DNA of 64,000 nucleotides from Nitrosomonadales bacterium (GTDB taxonomy: Bacteria; Pseudomonadota; Gammaproteobacteria; Burkholderiales; Methylophilaceae). The stretch is taken from assembly GCA_024642775.1 (NCBI GenBank), contig JAHEAL010000007.1:3761-67760 (forward strand). Reading direction: 5' to 3'. Position numbers and translations under genes: made by a program. Below the pieces are notes generated by a model that saw only the letters and a list, made by a program, of their open reading frames with translations, searched no databases and was not told the origin of the DNA. Below are positions 29,747 through 39,853 of the stretch, one piece after another (positions within the stretch are counted from its first letter, which is position 1; each line of letters begins with the position of its first letter).

Positions 29747-30591
29747 GATTTGTTCTTAAAGTAACTCATAGGGTCAACGGATAATCCATTTTTACGCACC
29801 TCAAAATGAAGCATCACCTCATTTGCGTCTGTCTGACCCATTGTGGAAATAATCTCTCCTGCGCTTATTTTTTGACCTTCAATAACTAATAATTCGCGGT
29901 TGTGCCCATAAACACTCAAAACATTATCGTCGTGTTTGATGATAATTAATTTTCCATAACCTTTTAGATCTTCTCCAGCATAAATCACCCTACCTTTGGC
30001 GATGGATTTTACTTCTTGTCCAAGCATACCTTGAATACTGATGCCTTTTTTCCCTGCCTCTGGATTAAAGGCCTGAGTTACATCTCCCTCGGTAGGCCAT
30101 ATGTATTGATTTGAAAGTGCCTGGGTATTTTTTGCAACCACCTCTTTAGTTTTCTTAATCGAATTTTTATTGTAAGGCTCCCTTGAGGCAATTGGCTCAT
30201 TGATTTCGATGGGTTCCCCAATATCGCTTTGTGTGACTATTTTTTCTGAAACCTTGTTTGATGATGAATCATCAAGTGTATTGATTTGGACCTCTTGATC
30301 GGAATTATTTTTTGATGATGTGCTATTTTCTCTCAATAAATCAAATCGGATTTCTTCGCCCTGACTTATTTTATAGGGCTTTTTTATGTTATTTGCTAGG
30401 GCAACCTGCTTATAATCAAATCCGCATTTTAAGCTGAGACTAAAAATTGTATCTCCCTTTTCTACAATATACACGTCGGGACATCTTGTGATTTTATTTT
30501 GCGAGCTATCTACTTTTGCTGGAAATTTAGATGCGCAGCCTTGGATGATGATTATTACCGTAAGCGTTACAAACCATTTTAACAAAGTCAT
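29743..30591 (-). CDS. nlpD: LysM + degenerate LytM (M23) lipoprotein, NlpD-like amidase activator
   Basis: Lipobox IIQGC, LysM (YIVEKGDTIFSLSLKCGFDYKQVALANNI), low-complexity linker, C-terminal M23 fold lacking the catalytic His residues (KGISIQG, MLHFEVR), as in E. coli NlpD. Confidence 0.85.
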   Translation of the reverse strand: MTLLKWFVTLTVIIIIQGCASKFPAKVDSSQNKITRCPDVYIVEKGDTIFSLSLKCGFDYKQVALANNIKKPYKISQGEEIRFDLLRENSTSSKNNSDQEVQINTLDDSSSNKVSEKIVTQSDIGEPIEINEPIASREPYNKNSIKKTKEVVAKNTQALSNQYIWPTEGDVTQAFNPEAGKKGISIQGMLGQEVKSIAKGRVIYAGEDLKGYGKLIIIKHDDNVLSVYGHNRELLVIEGQKISAGEIISTMGQTDANEVMLHFEVRKNGLSVDPMSYFKNKS

Positions 30592-31322
30592 ATTAACTCT
30601 CTATTTAATAAATCTAATTTTTCATGATTGGTTAAGTCAGATATTATAGGCGATATTGAAACGCAGTTGTTTTTAATCGCAAAAAAGTCAGTACCATCCC
30701 CGCCATCATTAGGTTCTCCAGCTGCGCCTACCCAATACATTACCTTATTATTTTCATTGGGATGATGAATGATAGGCTCTGCCTTGTGACGCTTTCCCAG
30801 TCTTGTTATTCTTGTACCTTCAATAGATGAATAAGGAAGATCGGGCACATTGATATTTAACAGCAATGGCTGTTTTAAATTAATATACTTCGGGATTAAA
30901 TCCAGCACAACCTGAGCAGCGGTTGGAAAGTGTTTCGGCTCATACCGTGACATTGATACGGCTATGGACGGGATATCGAGGAGATAACCTTCCATGGCTG
31001 CAGCAACGGTGCCAGAATAAATCGTATCATCACCCATATTGGGACCGTCATTAATTCCTGAAATAACCATATCAGGTTTAAATTTAAGTAGTCCAGACAG
31101 AGCAATATGGACACAATCTGTTGGAGTCCCATCGATAAAATAGATATCTTTTGATACTTCATTAATGGTTAAGGGTTTCTTTAATGTTAGCGAACTGCTG
31201 GATGCACTTTTATTTTCCTCAGGCGCGACGATCACAACCTTTCCAATAGAAGACAAAGCCTCGGCTAGAACTTTTAGCCCCGGTGCTTGATAACCATCAT
31301 CATTTGATAAGAGAAAATTCAT
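30588..31322 (-). CDS. surE: 5'/3'-nucleotidase SurE
   Basis: 244 aa. N-terminal LLSNDDGYQAPGL motif and GINDGPNMG. Confidence 0.93.
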   Translation of the reverse strand: MNFLLSNDDGYQAPGLKVLAEALSSIGKVVIVAPEENKSASSSSLTLKKPLTINEVSKDIYFIDGTPTDCVHIALSGLLKFKPDMVISGINDGPNMGDDTIYSGTVAAAMEGYLLDIPSIAVSMSRYEPKHFPTAAQVVLDLIPKYINLKQPLLLNINVPDLPYSSIEGTRITRLGKRHKAEPIIHHPNENNKVMYWVGAAGEPNDGGDGTDFFAIKNNCVSISPIISDLTNHEKLDLLNRELI

Positions 31323-31633
31323 TTTTTAAAAATTAACACGCTTGAAAAGAAAAAAATTAATGTTAATAATACTTCAGCTAATGCAAAAATATTTGACGGA
31401 CTTGTTTCAGACCAACAGCGGACGACTCCTTCAATAAAGAAAAGAATGATAACAAAATTAACCCAATGAATTGTATAAACCTTCTTTTTTAGGATGTTAG
31501 CTAACGGAATGATTAGTATGAGTGATTTGATTACAAGCCATGATGGTTCTCCGCTAATAGTAAAAAATAATTCCCATATTAGGTTGAGTAAAATCAAGCT
31601 GATGAAGGCTAGTTGGTTGACGAGAAAAATCAT
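31319..31633 (-). CDS. Small 3-4 TM membrane protein (DUF2069-like)
   Basis: 104 aa, hydrophobic, with ATGA overlaps on both sides. Its position directly downstream of wrbA matches the DUF2069 gene in other Betaproteobacteria as I recall it. Confidence 0.5.
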   Translation of the reverse strand: MIFLVNQLAFISLILLNLIWELFFTISGEPSWLVIKSLILIIPLANILKKKVYTIHWVNFVIILFFIEGVVRCWSETSPSNIFALAEVLLTLIFFFSSVLIFKK

Positions 31634-32193
31634 GCGTTCAATTTAATGGTTAATTCAGCAAGCCGTTTACCTTGAGCAAAAGCAATTTTTTGCTCGTCAC
31701 TACTCAAGTTGATATCGTTCCCTGTGTGAGAGGCTCCATAAGGGGTCCCTCCAGTTTGGGTAGATTTTAATTCACTTACGGAATAAGGCACACCTAAGGT
31801 GATCATCCCAAGATGTTGAAGAGGAATTTGCATTGTTAATAAAGTAGCTTCGTTGCCTCCATGAATTGAACTGGTAGATGTGAATACCGTGGCCAGTTTA
31901 TTTTCCAATGAACCTTTAATCCAGATGGACGTTAAGCTATCAATAAATGTTTTCATTACCCCAGACATATTGCCAAAATGAGTTGGGCTTCCAAGCGCCA
32001 AAGCATGGCACTCTTCAATCTCACTGAGTTCTACCTCGGGAGCAAAGTCCGGATTATTTTTTTGATTTATATTAGGAACTGTTCTTAAGACGGCTTCACA
32101 CCCGTCGATAGAATTTATGCCACGACCTATTTGTTGAGCTAATTGATGAACGGATCCATCTTGAGAGTAATATAAAACTAGAATATTCAACAT
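31630..32193 (-). CDS. wrbA: NAD(P)H:quinone oxidoreductase, WrbA-type flavodoxin-like
   Basis: 187 aa. ILVLYYSQDGSV, GSPTHFGNMSG and GGTPYGASH motifs. Confidence 0.85.
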   Translation of the reverse strand: MLNILVLYYSQDGSVHQLAQQIGRGINSIDGCEAVLRTVPNINQKNNPDFAPEVELSEIEECHALALGSPTHFGNMSGVMKTFIDSLTSIWIKGSLENKLATVFTSTSSIHGGNEATLLTMQIPLQHLGMITLGVPYSVSELKSTQTGGTPYGASHTGNDINLSSDEQKIAFAQGKRLAELTIKLNA

Positions 32194-32199
32194 GGCGAG

Positions 32200-33567
32200 T
32201 TATATTTTTTTGGCGAGCTTTGCAGCAATACCAGTATATTTTTCTGGAGTCAGGTTAAGCAAACTATTCTTTGCTTTTTCAGGTATGTCTAAACTGCTTA
32301 TAAATGATTGTAATGTTTCTTGGTCCATATTTTTATTACCACGGGTTAATTCTTTTAGTTTTTCATAAGGCTTTTCGATGCCATATCTTCGCATGACCGT
32401 TTGAATCGGCTCAGCTAGGACCTCCCATGAATTATTTAAGTCATTTGCTATTGTAGCCAAATTAATTTCCAATTTTTTTAAGCCTTTCATACAGGAGTTA
32501 ATTGCTAACAATTGATACCCAAAGCCAACTCCAATATTTCTTAAAACAGTGGAGTCACTCAAGTCTCTTTGCCATCTCGAGATGGGTAATTTTTCACTAA
32601 GATGATTCAATATTGCATTACTGATACCCAGATTACCTTCAGAATTTTCAAAATCGATCGGGTTTACCTTGTGCGGCATAGTTGATGAGCCCACTTCATT
32701 CTTTTTTAACTTCTGTTTAAAGTAACCAACGGAGACATAACTCCAAATATCTCGATTAAAGTCAATTAGAATAGTATTTACCCTCGCAATGATATTAAAA
32801 ATTTCTGCTAAAAAATCATGAGGTTCAATCTGAGTAGTCATGGAGTTGTATTCAAGACCAAGTGAGGATATAAAAGTTTTTGCATGCTGCTCCCAATTAA
32901 CTTCCGGATAGGCAATTACATGCGCATTAAAATTACCAACCGCACCATTAATTTTGCCTAGATACATTTGTTTATCTAACTGCTTTTGTTGCCTAGCAAG
33001 CCTTGACGATACATTAGCAAACTCTTTACCCATTGTTGTCGGGCTTGCGGACTGGCCGTGAGTTCGGGCTAACATCGGAATAGTGGCATATTCTTTAGCT
33101 TTTGCATTGATTTCTTCTATAAGAGAGTTGATGTGTGGAGAAATAACATGTTCAATTGAATTTTTTACCATCAAGGCATACGAAAGATTATTGATATCTT
33201 CAGAGGTGCAGGCAAAATGAAGAAACTCAAGATAAGGTTTAACCTCATTATTTTTTGCTAAATTTTCTTTAAGCCAATATTCAATAGCCTTGACATCATG
33301 ATTGGTTGTTTTTTCAATTGTTTTTACTTGAGATGCTTGTTTCTCTGAGAAATTCTTAACTAGGTCATGCAATTCTTTTACGGTTGTTTTTTTAAATTTA
33401 GGGATCTCTTTAATATTTTTATTTTCACTCAAGCTGATTAGCCACAATACTTCAACCTTCACTCGATTTTTAATGAGTCCAAACTCACTTAAATGAGGCC
33501 GAATTTCATCGACTTGGCTTTGATATCGACCGTCTAAAGGTGAAATATTGGATAAGGTTGATGTCAT
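32200..33567 (-). CDS. purB: Adenylosuccinate lyase
   Basis: 455 aa. SPLDGRY N-terminus and the fumarate-lyase signature SSTMPHKVNP. Confidence 0.95.
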   Translation of the reverse strand: MTSTLSNISPLDGRYQSQVDEIRPHLSEFGLIKNRVKVEVLWLISLSENKNIKEIPKFKKTTVKELHDLVKNFSEKQASQVKTIEKTTNHDVKAIEYWLKENLAKNNEVKPYLEFLHFACTSEDINNLSYALMVKNSIEHVISPHINSLIEEINAKAKEYATIPMLARTHGQSASPTTMGKEFANVSSRLARQQKQLDKQMYLGKINGAVGNFNAHVIAYPEVNWEQHAKTFISSLGLEYNSMTTQIEPHDFLAEIFNIIARVNTILIDFNRDIWSYVSVGYFKQKLKKNEVGSSTMPHKVNPIDFENSEGNLGISNAILNHLSEKLPISRWQRDLSDSTVLRNIGVGFGYQLLAINSCMKGLKKLEINLATIANDLNNSWEVLAEPIQTVMRRYGIEKPYEKLKELTRGNKNMDQETLQSFISSLDIPEKAKNSLLNLTPEKYTGIAAKLAKKI

Positions 33568-33702
33568 AATTCACTTTCTATTCAATTAAAAAACTTTCGT
33601 AGCTATATTTTACATTACTTCCTTTCGCATGAAACTTTTTGGGAATTTATTTTTTTTGATCTAAAATAGCATATTGAATAATATTAAAATAAAGAAAGCT
33701 AT

Positions 33703-36273
33703 ATGATTATTGAAGAATATAAATCCCACCTGAATGAAAGAGGTAATGAGGGTTTACCAGCACTTCCACTTTCTCCTGAGCAGACCGCAGAAATAATTGA
33801 GTATTTAAAAGACGAAAATAATAATGATGTAAATTTAGCGCTAGAGCTTTTGACTCATCGAGTTCCGGCCGGGGTAGACCAGTCCGCCTACGTTAAAGCT
33901 GCCTTTTTAAATGATATCGCTATCAAAAAAATCTCGTCATCTATAATATCACCGAGTGAGGCAGTGAAATTACTGGGCACCATGCTAGGTGGTTATAATG
34001 TCCAGGCCTTAATTCCACTTTTGGATACCGACATGGCTGAAGAGGCTTTTAAAGCCTTATCCAATTCAATTCTAATATTTGAATCTTTTCATGATGTGGT
34101 CGAAAAGCATAATTCAGGAAACTCTTATGCTACCAAGTTACTCTCGTCATGGGCAAATGCCGAATGGTTTTCCAATAAAAAACCTATCGATGAAGAAATA
34201 AAGTTAACGGTGTTTAAGGTGGATGGTGAGACTAATACCGATGATTTGTCGCCTGCACAAAATGCATGGTCTCGAGCTGATATCCCCCTACATGCTCAAG
34301 CGATGTTGATAAATAAAATGCCTGATGGCCTTCAATTGATCGAAGAATTGAAAGGTATAGGTAACCCTTTAGTTTATGTTGGAGATGTTGTCGGTACCGG
34401 GTCTTCAAGAAAATCAGCAATTAACTCCTTGCAGTGGCATATGGGTAAAGAGATACCTTACATACCTAATAAGAATACCGGCGGTTATGTATTCGGTAGT
34501 AAAATTGCTCCCATATTTTTTAATACTGCAGAAGACTCTGGAGCTTTTCCGATTGAATGTGATGTCTCATCAATGCAAAATGGTGATCAAATTGTCTTGA
34601 TGCCACACCAAGGAAAAATTACAGATATCGATGGAAATATTGTTTCTGAGTTTAAACCCAATCCAATTACTATTTTAGATGAGGTGAGGGCAGGAGGAAG
34701 AATCCCATTAATTATTGGCAGAGGCCTATCGGATAAGTCGGCACAAGTTTTAGAGCAACAGAAACCAACAATATTTATTAGTGGTGTATCAGAAAAAAAA
34801 TCAAATAACGATCAAGCATTTTCGTTGGCACAAAAAATGGTAGGTAGAGCATGTGGCGTAAAGGGTGTATTGCCTGGAACATACTGCGAGCCGAAAATTA
34901 CTTCGGTTGGCTCTCAAGATACGACGGGGGCAATGACCCGTGATGAATTAAAAGAACTTGCCTGCTTAGGATTTTCTGCAGACTTAGTGATGCAAAGTTT
35001 TTGTCATACAGCAGCGTACCCAAAACCGGTTGACATTCAATTGCAACACTCATTACCTGATTTTATTAGCAGCCGAGGGGGAGTGTCACTAAAAGCCGGA
35101 GACGGTGTAATTCATTCGTGGTTGAATCGGATGATTCTTCCGGACACTGTGGGAACCGGAGGAGACTCTCATACACGCTTCCCAATTGGCATTTCTTTCC
35201 CGGCAGGATCAGGGTTGGTTGCCTTTGCGGCGGCTTTAGGTGTAATGCCGTTGGATATGCCGGAGTCCGTATTAGTCAGATTTAAGGGGAAAATGCAGCC
35301 CGGAATAACCTTACGTGATTTGGTTAATGCTATACCTTACCAAGCTATTCAGAATGGTGAATTGACGGTTGAGAAAAAAGGAAAGATCAATGTATTCAAT
35401 GGAAGAATTCTTGAGATTGAAGGACTTCCTGACTTAAAGGTTGAGCAAGCTTTTGAGTTTGCTGATGCTTCAGCAGAGAGGTCTGCCAATGGATGTACGG
35501 TAAGGTTAAATCAAGAACCTATAAAAGAGTATCTTCAGTCAAACATTGTATTGATGGAAAATTTAATCCAACAAGGATACGAAGACCAAAGAACTTTAGA
35601 GAGAAGAATTGATTCGATGAAATCCTGGTTAAATAATCCTGAGCTTCTCGAACCTGATGAAAATGCTCAGTACGCCTCCATAATCGAAATTAACTTGGAT
35701 GATATTAAAGAGCCAATTATTGCCTGCCCGAATGATCCAGATAATGTTAAAAAACTATCAGAAATTGCAGGGAATAAAATTGATGAGGTATTCATTGGAA
35801 GTTGTATGACGAATATCGGACACTATCGTGCCGCAGGAAAAGTGTTAGAGGGTAAAGGTGCTATTGCCACTCGTCTATGGGTTGCCCCGCCAACTCGGAT
35901 GGATGAGGCCCAATTAAGAAAAGAAGGTTACTATTCAATTTTTGGTCAGGCCGGAGCAAGAACAGAGCTCCCGGGTTGCAGTTTATGTATGGGCAACCAA
36001 GCGAGGGTTGATAATGATGCCCATGTATTTTCAACCAGCACTAGAAATTTTGACAACAGGATGGGTAAGGGGGCTCAGGTTTATTTGGGTTCTGCAGAGC
36101 TTGCTTCTGTTTGTGCGCTGCTAGGGAAAATTCCAACATATGATGAGTATATTAAAGTAGTTGAAGAAAAAATCGCATCATTTGAAGACAATATTTACCA
36201 GTATTTGAATTTTCATCAAATGGATGAGTACCAACAAGGTAAAAAAGTTATTGGTATTGCATCTGTAGATTAA
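33703..36273 (+). CDS. acnB: Aconitate hydratase B / 2-methylisocitrate dehydratase
   Basis: 856 aa. AcnB-specific N-terminal HEAT-like domain ([14 protein letters not shown]), swivel domain before the catalytic domains, and Fe-S ligand cysteines present ([14 protein letters not shown]). Confidence 0.95.
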   Translation: MIIEEYKSHLNERGNEGLPALPLSPEQTAEIIEYLKDENNNDVNLALELLTHRVPAGVDQSAYVKAAFLNDIAIKKISSSIISPSEAVKLLGTMLGGYNVQALIPLLDTDMAEEAFKALSNSILIFESFHDVVEKHNSGNSYATKLLSSWANAEWFSNKKPIDEEIKLTVFKVDGETNTDDLSPAQNAWSRADIPLHAQAMLINKMPDGLQLIEELKGIGNPLVYVGDVVGTGSSRKSAINSLQWHMGKEIPYIPNKNTGGYVFGSKIAPIFFNTAEDSGAFPIECDVSSMQNGDQIVLMPHQGKITDIDGNIVSEFKPNPITILDEVRAGGRIPLIIGRGLSDKSAQVLEQQKPTIFISGVSEKKSNNDQAFSLAQKMVGRACGVKGVLPGTYCEPKITSVGSQDTTGAMTRDELKELACLGFSADLVMQSFCHTAAYPKPVDIQLQHSLPDFISSRGGVSLKAGDGVIHSWLNRMILPDTVGTGGDSHTRFPIGISFPAGSGLVAFAAALGVMPLDMPESVLVRFKGKMQPGITLRDLVNAIPYQAIQNGELTVEKKGKINVFNGRILEIEGLPDLKVEQAFEFADASAERSANGCTVRLNQEPIKEYLQSNIVLMENLIQQGYEDQRTLERRIDSMKSWLNNPELLEPDENAQYASIIEINLDDIKEPIIACPNDPDNVKKLSEIAGNKIDEVFIGSCMTNIGHYRAAGKVLEGKGAIATRLWVAPPTRMDEAQLRKEGYYSIFGQAGARTELPGCSLCMGNQARVDNDAHVFSTSTRNFDNRMGKGAQVYLGSAELASVCALLGKIPTYDEYIKVVEEKIASFEDNIYQYLNFHQMDEYQQGKKVIGIASVD

Positions 36274-36282
36274 TTTAAGCAG

Positions 36283-36912
36283 ATGAAGTTTGATGAAAAT
36301 TGCAGAGACTGTCCTAGACTTTCAAGTTTTCTTAGGGATGTTAAAAGTGAAAATAAAGATTATTTTTGCAAACCCGTCCCAGCATTTGGAAGTGAAAAAC
36401 CTAAGCTTCTTATAGTTGGTCTTGCTCCAGGTATGCACGGGGCTAATAAAACAGGAAGACCTTTTACGGGTGATTATGCCGGAGTATTATTATACAAAAC
36501 ACTTTATAGGTATGGATTTTCAAATAAGCCAGAGTCTTTAAGTGATAACGATGGGTTGGTTTTAGAGGACGTACGAATTACTAATGCCGTTAAATGTTTA
36601 CCTCCACAAAATAAACCCGATACTCAAGAAATTAGGGAGTGTAATAAATATCTATCCTATGAGATAGCCCAGCATCAAAATAGTCTGATCATTTTGGCAT
36701 TAGGAAAAATAGCTCATGATGCTATTTTAATGTCAGCAAATACTCCAAAAAATCAATTCAAATTTACTCACGGAGCAAGACATCAACTATCTGAATCACG
36801 AATATTGTATGATAGTTATCACTGCAGTCGATATAACACTCAAACCAAGCGTCTTACTGAGAGGATGTTTCAGAGTGTTTTTTTTGAAATAAAAAAAGAA
36901 ATGGAGAAATAG
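36283..36912 (+). CDS. Uracil-DNA glycosylase superfamily protein (family 4/5-like, Fe-S type)
   Basis: 209 aa. CRDCPRL N-terminal Cys pair, motif GLAPGMHGANKTGRPFTGDYAG (the GLAP form resembles family 5 UDGb), and NAVKC. Confidence 0.8.
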   Translation: MKFDENCRDCPRLSSFLRDVKSENKDYFCKPVPAFGSEKPKLLIVGLAPGMHGANKTGRPFTGDYAGVLLYKTLYRYGFSNKPESLSDNDGLVLEDVRITNAVKCLPPQNKPDTQEIRECNKYLSYEIAQHQNSLIILALGKIAHDAILMSANTPKNQFKFTHGARHQLSESRILYDSYHCSRYNTQTKRLTERMFQSVFFEIKKEMEK

Positions 36913-37092
36913 ATGCCATACATAAATGTAAAACTTGCTGGAACTTTAAATAAAGAACAAAAAGCTGAAATTGCTAAAGAAATTACAGACGTTATGACTA
37001 GGGTTGCAAATAAACCTCCATCATATACCTATATTGTTTTTGATGAAGTAAAAACTGAAGACTGGGCAATTGGAGGCAATTTACTCGGTTAG
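36913..37092 (+). CDS. 4-oxalocrotonate tautomerase family protein (59 aa, absent from ORF track)
   Basis: MPYINVKLAGTLNKEQKAEIAKEITDVMTRVANKPPSYTYIVFDEVKTEDWAIGGNLLG. Catalytic Pro1 after Met, a beta-alpha-beta pattern and the typical ~60-aa length. The ATG directly abuts the UDG TAG stop. Confidence 0.8.
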   Translation: MPYINVKLAGTLNKEQKAEIAKEITDVMTRVANKPPSYTYIVFDEVKTEDWAIGGNLLG

Positions 37093-37096
37093 GAAT

Positions 37097-38893
37097 GTGG
37101 ATAACGTAAAAAACTTTCTCAAAACTCTTCCATCCAATCCTGGCATCTATCGTATGCTGGATAAGGGGCAGAAAGTTATTTATGTTGGAAAAGCTAAAAA
37201 TATAAAGAAAAGAGTTTCAAGTTATTTTAATAAAAATATCCCAAGCCCGCGAACCAGGCTAATGATATCGCATATTGCCAATATTGAATTCACGGTTACT
37301 AACACTGAGGCAGAGGCATTAATTTTAGAGAATAACCTTATCAAAGAATACATGCCGCGTTATAACGTCATCTTCAGAGATGACAAGTCTTATCCATATC
37401 TAATGATGACTTCCCATAATTTTCCAATGCTGAGGTTTCACCGCGGCGTCCAAAAAAAAGAGAATAAGTATTTCGGACCTTTCCCAAATTCAAATGCTGT
37501 TAGAGAAAGTATACAGTTGTTGCAGAAAGTTTTTTTATTAAGGAACTGTGAAGATTCAGTTTTTTTAAATCGCACACGTCCATGTCTTCAACATCAGATA
37601 AAAAGATGCACTGCACCATGTGTTAATTTAATCTCAAAAGAAGATTATGCACAAGATTGCAAACAGGCGGAGCTTTTTTTGCAAGGCAAGGATAATGAAG
37701 TTGTAGATCAAATGACAACGATCATGAATTCTGCTGCTGATTTGGAAGAGTTTGAACGAGCTGCAATATATAGAGATCGAATTCAAAGCTTAAGACAAGT
37801 GAGGCTAAAGCAGTTTGTTAGTGATTTTAGTGAAAATGATGCCGACATTATCGCTTTTGCTGAAGAGGGCGGTATTGCATGTGTAAATTTAGTGATGATT
37901 CGCGGAGGACGACACCTTGGAGATAAAACCTTTTATCCAAAAAATCATTTGGATGATGAAGTTAATATTTTGGATATTTTTATTCACCAACATTATGATG
38001 AACAGGTTCCTCCACCAGTAATTGTCGCAGAAGGAGTTTTTGATTCAAAATTATTTAAATCTTATTTGAATTTAAAGTTTCCAGACAAAAATATTAAGAT
38101 TATTTCAAAAGCTATTGGTGATAAACGTATGTGGCTTAAAATGGCTAAAAGAAATGCTGCTATTAATGTTCGACAAAAAAATCTTCTAGAGTCTGGTAAA
38201 GCAGACAAGCTTGAATCGTTAAGGAAGCTTGTAAATATAGCTAACCTGAAGCGTATTGAGTGCTTTGATATAAGTCACACAATGGGAAAGCAAACGGTTG
38301 CTTCTTGTGTGGTTTATGATGAGCAAACTATGCAGAACAAGGAGTATAGGAGATTCAATATATCAAATATAACGCCCGGTGATGATTATGCGGCAATGCG
38401 ACAAGTTATTGAAAGACGCATAAAAAGAATTATAAGTGAAGAACAAACAAAGCCAGATATGATGTTAATAGATGGGGGTAAAGGTCAGCTTAAAATGGCC
38501 ATGGAGATATTCGAAGAGTTTGACGTCATTGGAATCAGACTGGTATCGATTGCCAAAGGCGAGGGACGTAAATCTGGTCTGGAAACGCTAATTTTTGATG
38601 ATGGTGAAATTATTCAAGATATCCCAAAAAATAATTTAGGGTTTCATTTGTTGCAACACATACGTGACGAGGCTCATCGATTTGCCATTACTGGACATCG
38701 CCAAAAAAGACAAAAAATTAATCTGTCCTCTTCAATTGAAGAAATTGAGGGAATTGGGGCTAAGAAGCGAAAGTCATTGCTCGTTTATTTCGGTGGTCTT
38801 GACGGGGTTAGAAATGCATCAGTCGAAGAATTACTTCAGGTTGATGGTATCAATCAAAAACTTGCTGACTCGATATATAACTTTTATCATTGA
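37097..38893 (+). CDS. uvrC: Excinuclease ABC subunit C
   Basis: GIY-YIG N-terminus (PGIYRMLDKGQKVIYVGKAKNIKKR), UVR domain, and C-terminal endonuclease plus (HhH)2. The GTG at 37097 (MDNVKNFLKTLPSNPGIYRM) aligns with E. coli UvrC and avoids overlap with the tautomerase gene. The ORF-track TTG at 37070 is the alternative. Confidence 0.9.
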   Translation: MDNVKNFLKTLPSNPGIYRMLDKGQKVIYVGKAKNIKKRVSSYFNKNIPSPRTRLMISHIANIEFTVTNTEAEALILENNLIKEYMPRYNVIFRDDKSYPYLMMTSHNFPMLRFHRGVQKKENKYFGPFPNSNAVRESIQLLQKVFLLRNCEDSVFLNRTRPCLQHQIKRCTAPCVNLISKEDYAQDCKQAELFLQGKDNEVVDQMTTIMNSAADLEEFERAAIYRDRIQSLRQVRLKQFVSDFSENDADIIAFAEEGGIACVNLVMIRGGRHLGDKTFYPKNHLDDEVNILDIFIHQHYDEQVPPPVIVAEGVFDSKLFKSYLNLKFPDKNIKIISKAIGDKRMWLKMAKRNAAINVRQKNLLESGKADKLESLRKLVNIANLKRIECFDISHTMGKQTVASCVVYDEQTMQNKEYRRFNISNITPGDDYAAMRQVIERRIKRIISEEQTKPDMMLIDGGKGQLKMAMEIFEEFDVIGIRLVSIAKGEGRKSGLETLIFDDGEIIQDIPKNNLGFHLLQHIRDEAHRFAITGHRQKRQKINLSSSIEEIEGIGAKKRKSLLVYFGGLDGVRNASVEELLQVDGINQKLADSIYNFYH

Positions 38894-38896
38894 GAT

Positions 38897-39448
38897 ATGA
38901 ATTTACCAAACTACATAACTTTTTTTAGAATTGCGATCATTCCTTTTATTGTTTTGGTGTTTTATTTACCAGAGAGTTTAATAAGTGATTTTAATAAAAG
39001 CCTTACTGCTACTTTATTATTCATTCTTGCTGGAGTGAGCGATTGGTTAGATGGATATTTGGCTAGAAAAATGAACTTAGAGTCAAAATTTGGTGCTTTT
39101 ATTGATCCAGTTGCTGATAAATTGATTATCGTTTCCTCTTTGGTTGTCTTAATAGAATTAGATCGTTTGGCAGCTTTTATTGCAATTATCATTATTGGTA
39201 GAGAAGTTGCTGTTAGTGCGTTACGAGAATGGATGGCGGGACTAGGAAATAGCAGTAGTGTTGCAGTTGCATTTATTGGCAAGTTAAAAACAACTCTGCA
39301 ATTTATTGCTATCTCATTATTGTTGTTTCACTATGATATATATTTCATACCAACAGCCTTGATCGGAGAAATAGCAATTTGGATTGCAGCATTACTAACA
39401 GTAATTTCAATGATCTTTTATTTAAATCAAGCCATTAACAGAAGTTAA
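38897..39448 (+). CDS. pgsA: CDP-diacylglycerol--glycerol-3-phosphate 3-phosphatidyltransferase
   Basis: 183 aa. CDP-alcohol phosphotransferase motif DGYLARKMNLESKFGAFIDPVADK. uvrC-pgsA-tRNA order as in E. coli. Confidence 0.93.
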   Translation: MNLPNYITFFRIAIIPFIVLVFYLPESLISDFNKSLTATLLFILAGVSDWLDGYLARKMNLESKFGAFIDPVADKLIIVSSLVVLIELDRLAAFIAIIIIGREVAVSALREWMAGLGNSSSVAVAFIGKLKTTLQFIAISLLLFHYDIYFIPTALIGEIAIWIAALLTVISMIFYLNQAINRS

Positions 39449-39472
39449 TTTAATCCTTATTCCATTACCTCA

Positions 39473-39500
39473 TTGACATCAACTAAAAAAAAGCTAAAAT
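39473..39500 (+). promoter_or_regulatory. Sigma-70-type promoter for tRNA cluster
   Basis: TTGACA (39473..39478), 16-nt spacer, TAAAAT (39495..39500). The tRNA-Gly 5' end is 13 nt downstream. Confidence 0.6.
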
Positions 39501-39513
39501 ACTGCTTCTGTTT

Positions 39514-39589
39514 GCGTGAATAGCTCAGCTGGTAGAGCGCAACCTTGCCAAGGTTGAGGTCGCGAGTTCGAACCTCGTTTCACGCTCCA
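39514..39589 (+). tRNA. tRNA-Gly (anticodon GCC)
   Basis: 76-nt cloverleaf. Acceptor GCGTGAA/TTCACGC, anticodon loop TTGCCAA, T-loop TTCGAAC, encoded CCA. Confidence 0.95.
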
Positions 39590-39603
39590 AATATTTAAAA
39601 AAA

Positions 39604-39628
39604 GGGGAGAAGCAAACTCCCCTTTTTA
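39604..39628 (+). terminator. Hairpin + T-tract between tRNA-Gly and tRNA-Cys
   Basis: GGGGAG-AAGCAAA-CTCCCC followed by TTTTTATTTT, and preceded by an A7 run. Confidence 0.6.
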
Positions 39629-39639
39629 TTTTGTTATTT

Positions 39640-39713
39640 GGCGCGTTAGCAAAGTGGTTATGCAGAGGCCTGCAAAGCCTTAGACGCCGGTTCGATTCCG
39701 GCACGCGCCTCCA
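39640..39713 (+). tRNA. tRNA-Cys (anticodon GCA)
   Basis: 74 nt, near-identical in architecture to E. coli tRNA-Cys (GGCGCGTTA.CAAAG.GGTTATG.AG...TGCAAA...). Acceptor GGCGCGT/ACGCGCC, encoded CCA. Confidence 0.95.
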
Positions 39714-39751
39714 TTCTTTTTTTTGACGTATGGTGATAGAATAACGTCTTT

Positions 39752-39838
39752 GCCCGGGTGGTGAAATTGGTAGACACAAGAGACTTAAAATCTCTCGATC
39801 TTACGATCGTGCCGGTTCGATTCCGGCCCCGGGCACCA
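39752..39838 (+). tRNA. tRNA-Leu (anticodon UAA)
   Basis: 87-nt class II tRNA. Acceptor GCCCGGG/CCCGGGC, anticodon arm AGAGA-CTTAAAA-TCTCT, long variable arm, encoded CCA. Confidence 0.95.
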
Positions 39839-39853
39839 CAATTTTAATTAATC

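Noticed and set aside
39525-39779. 84-aa minus-strand ORF from the track.
   Set aside because: It spans tRNA-Gly, tRNA-Cys and the start of tRNA-Leu on the opposite strand, so it is an artefact.
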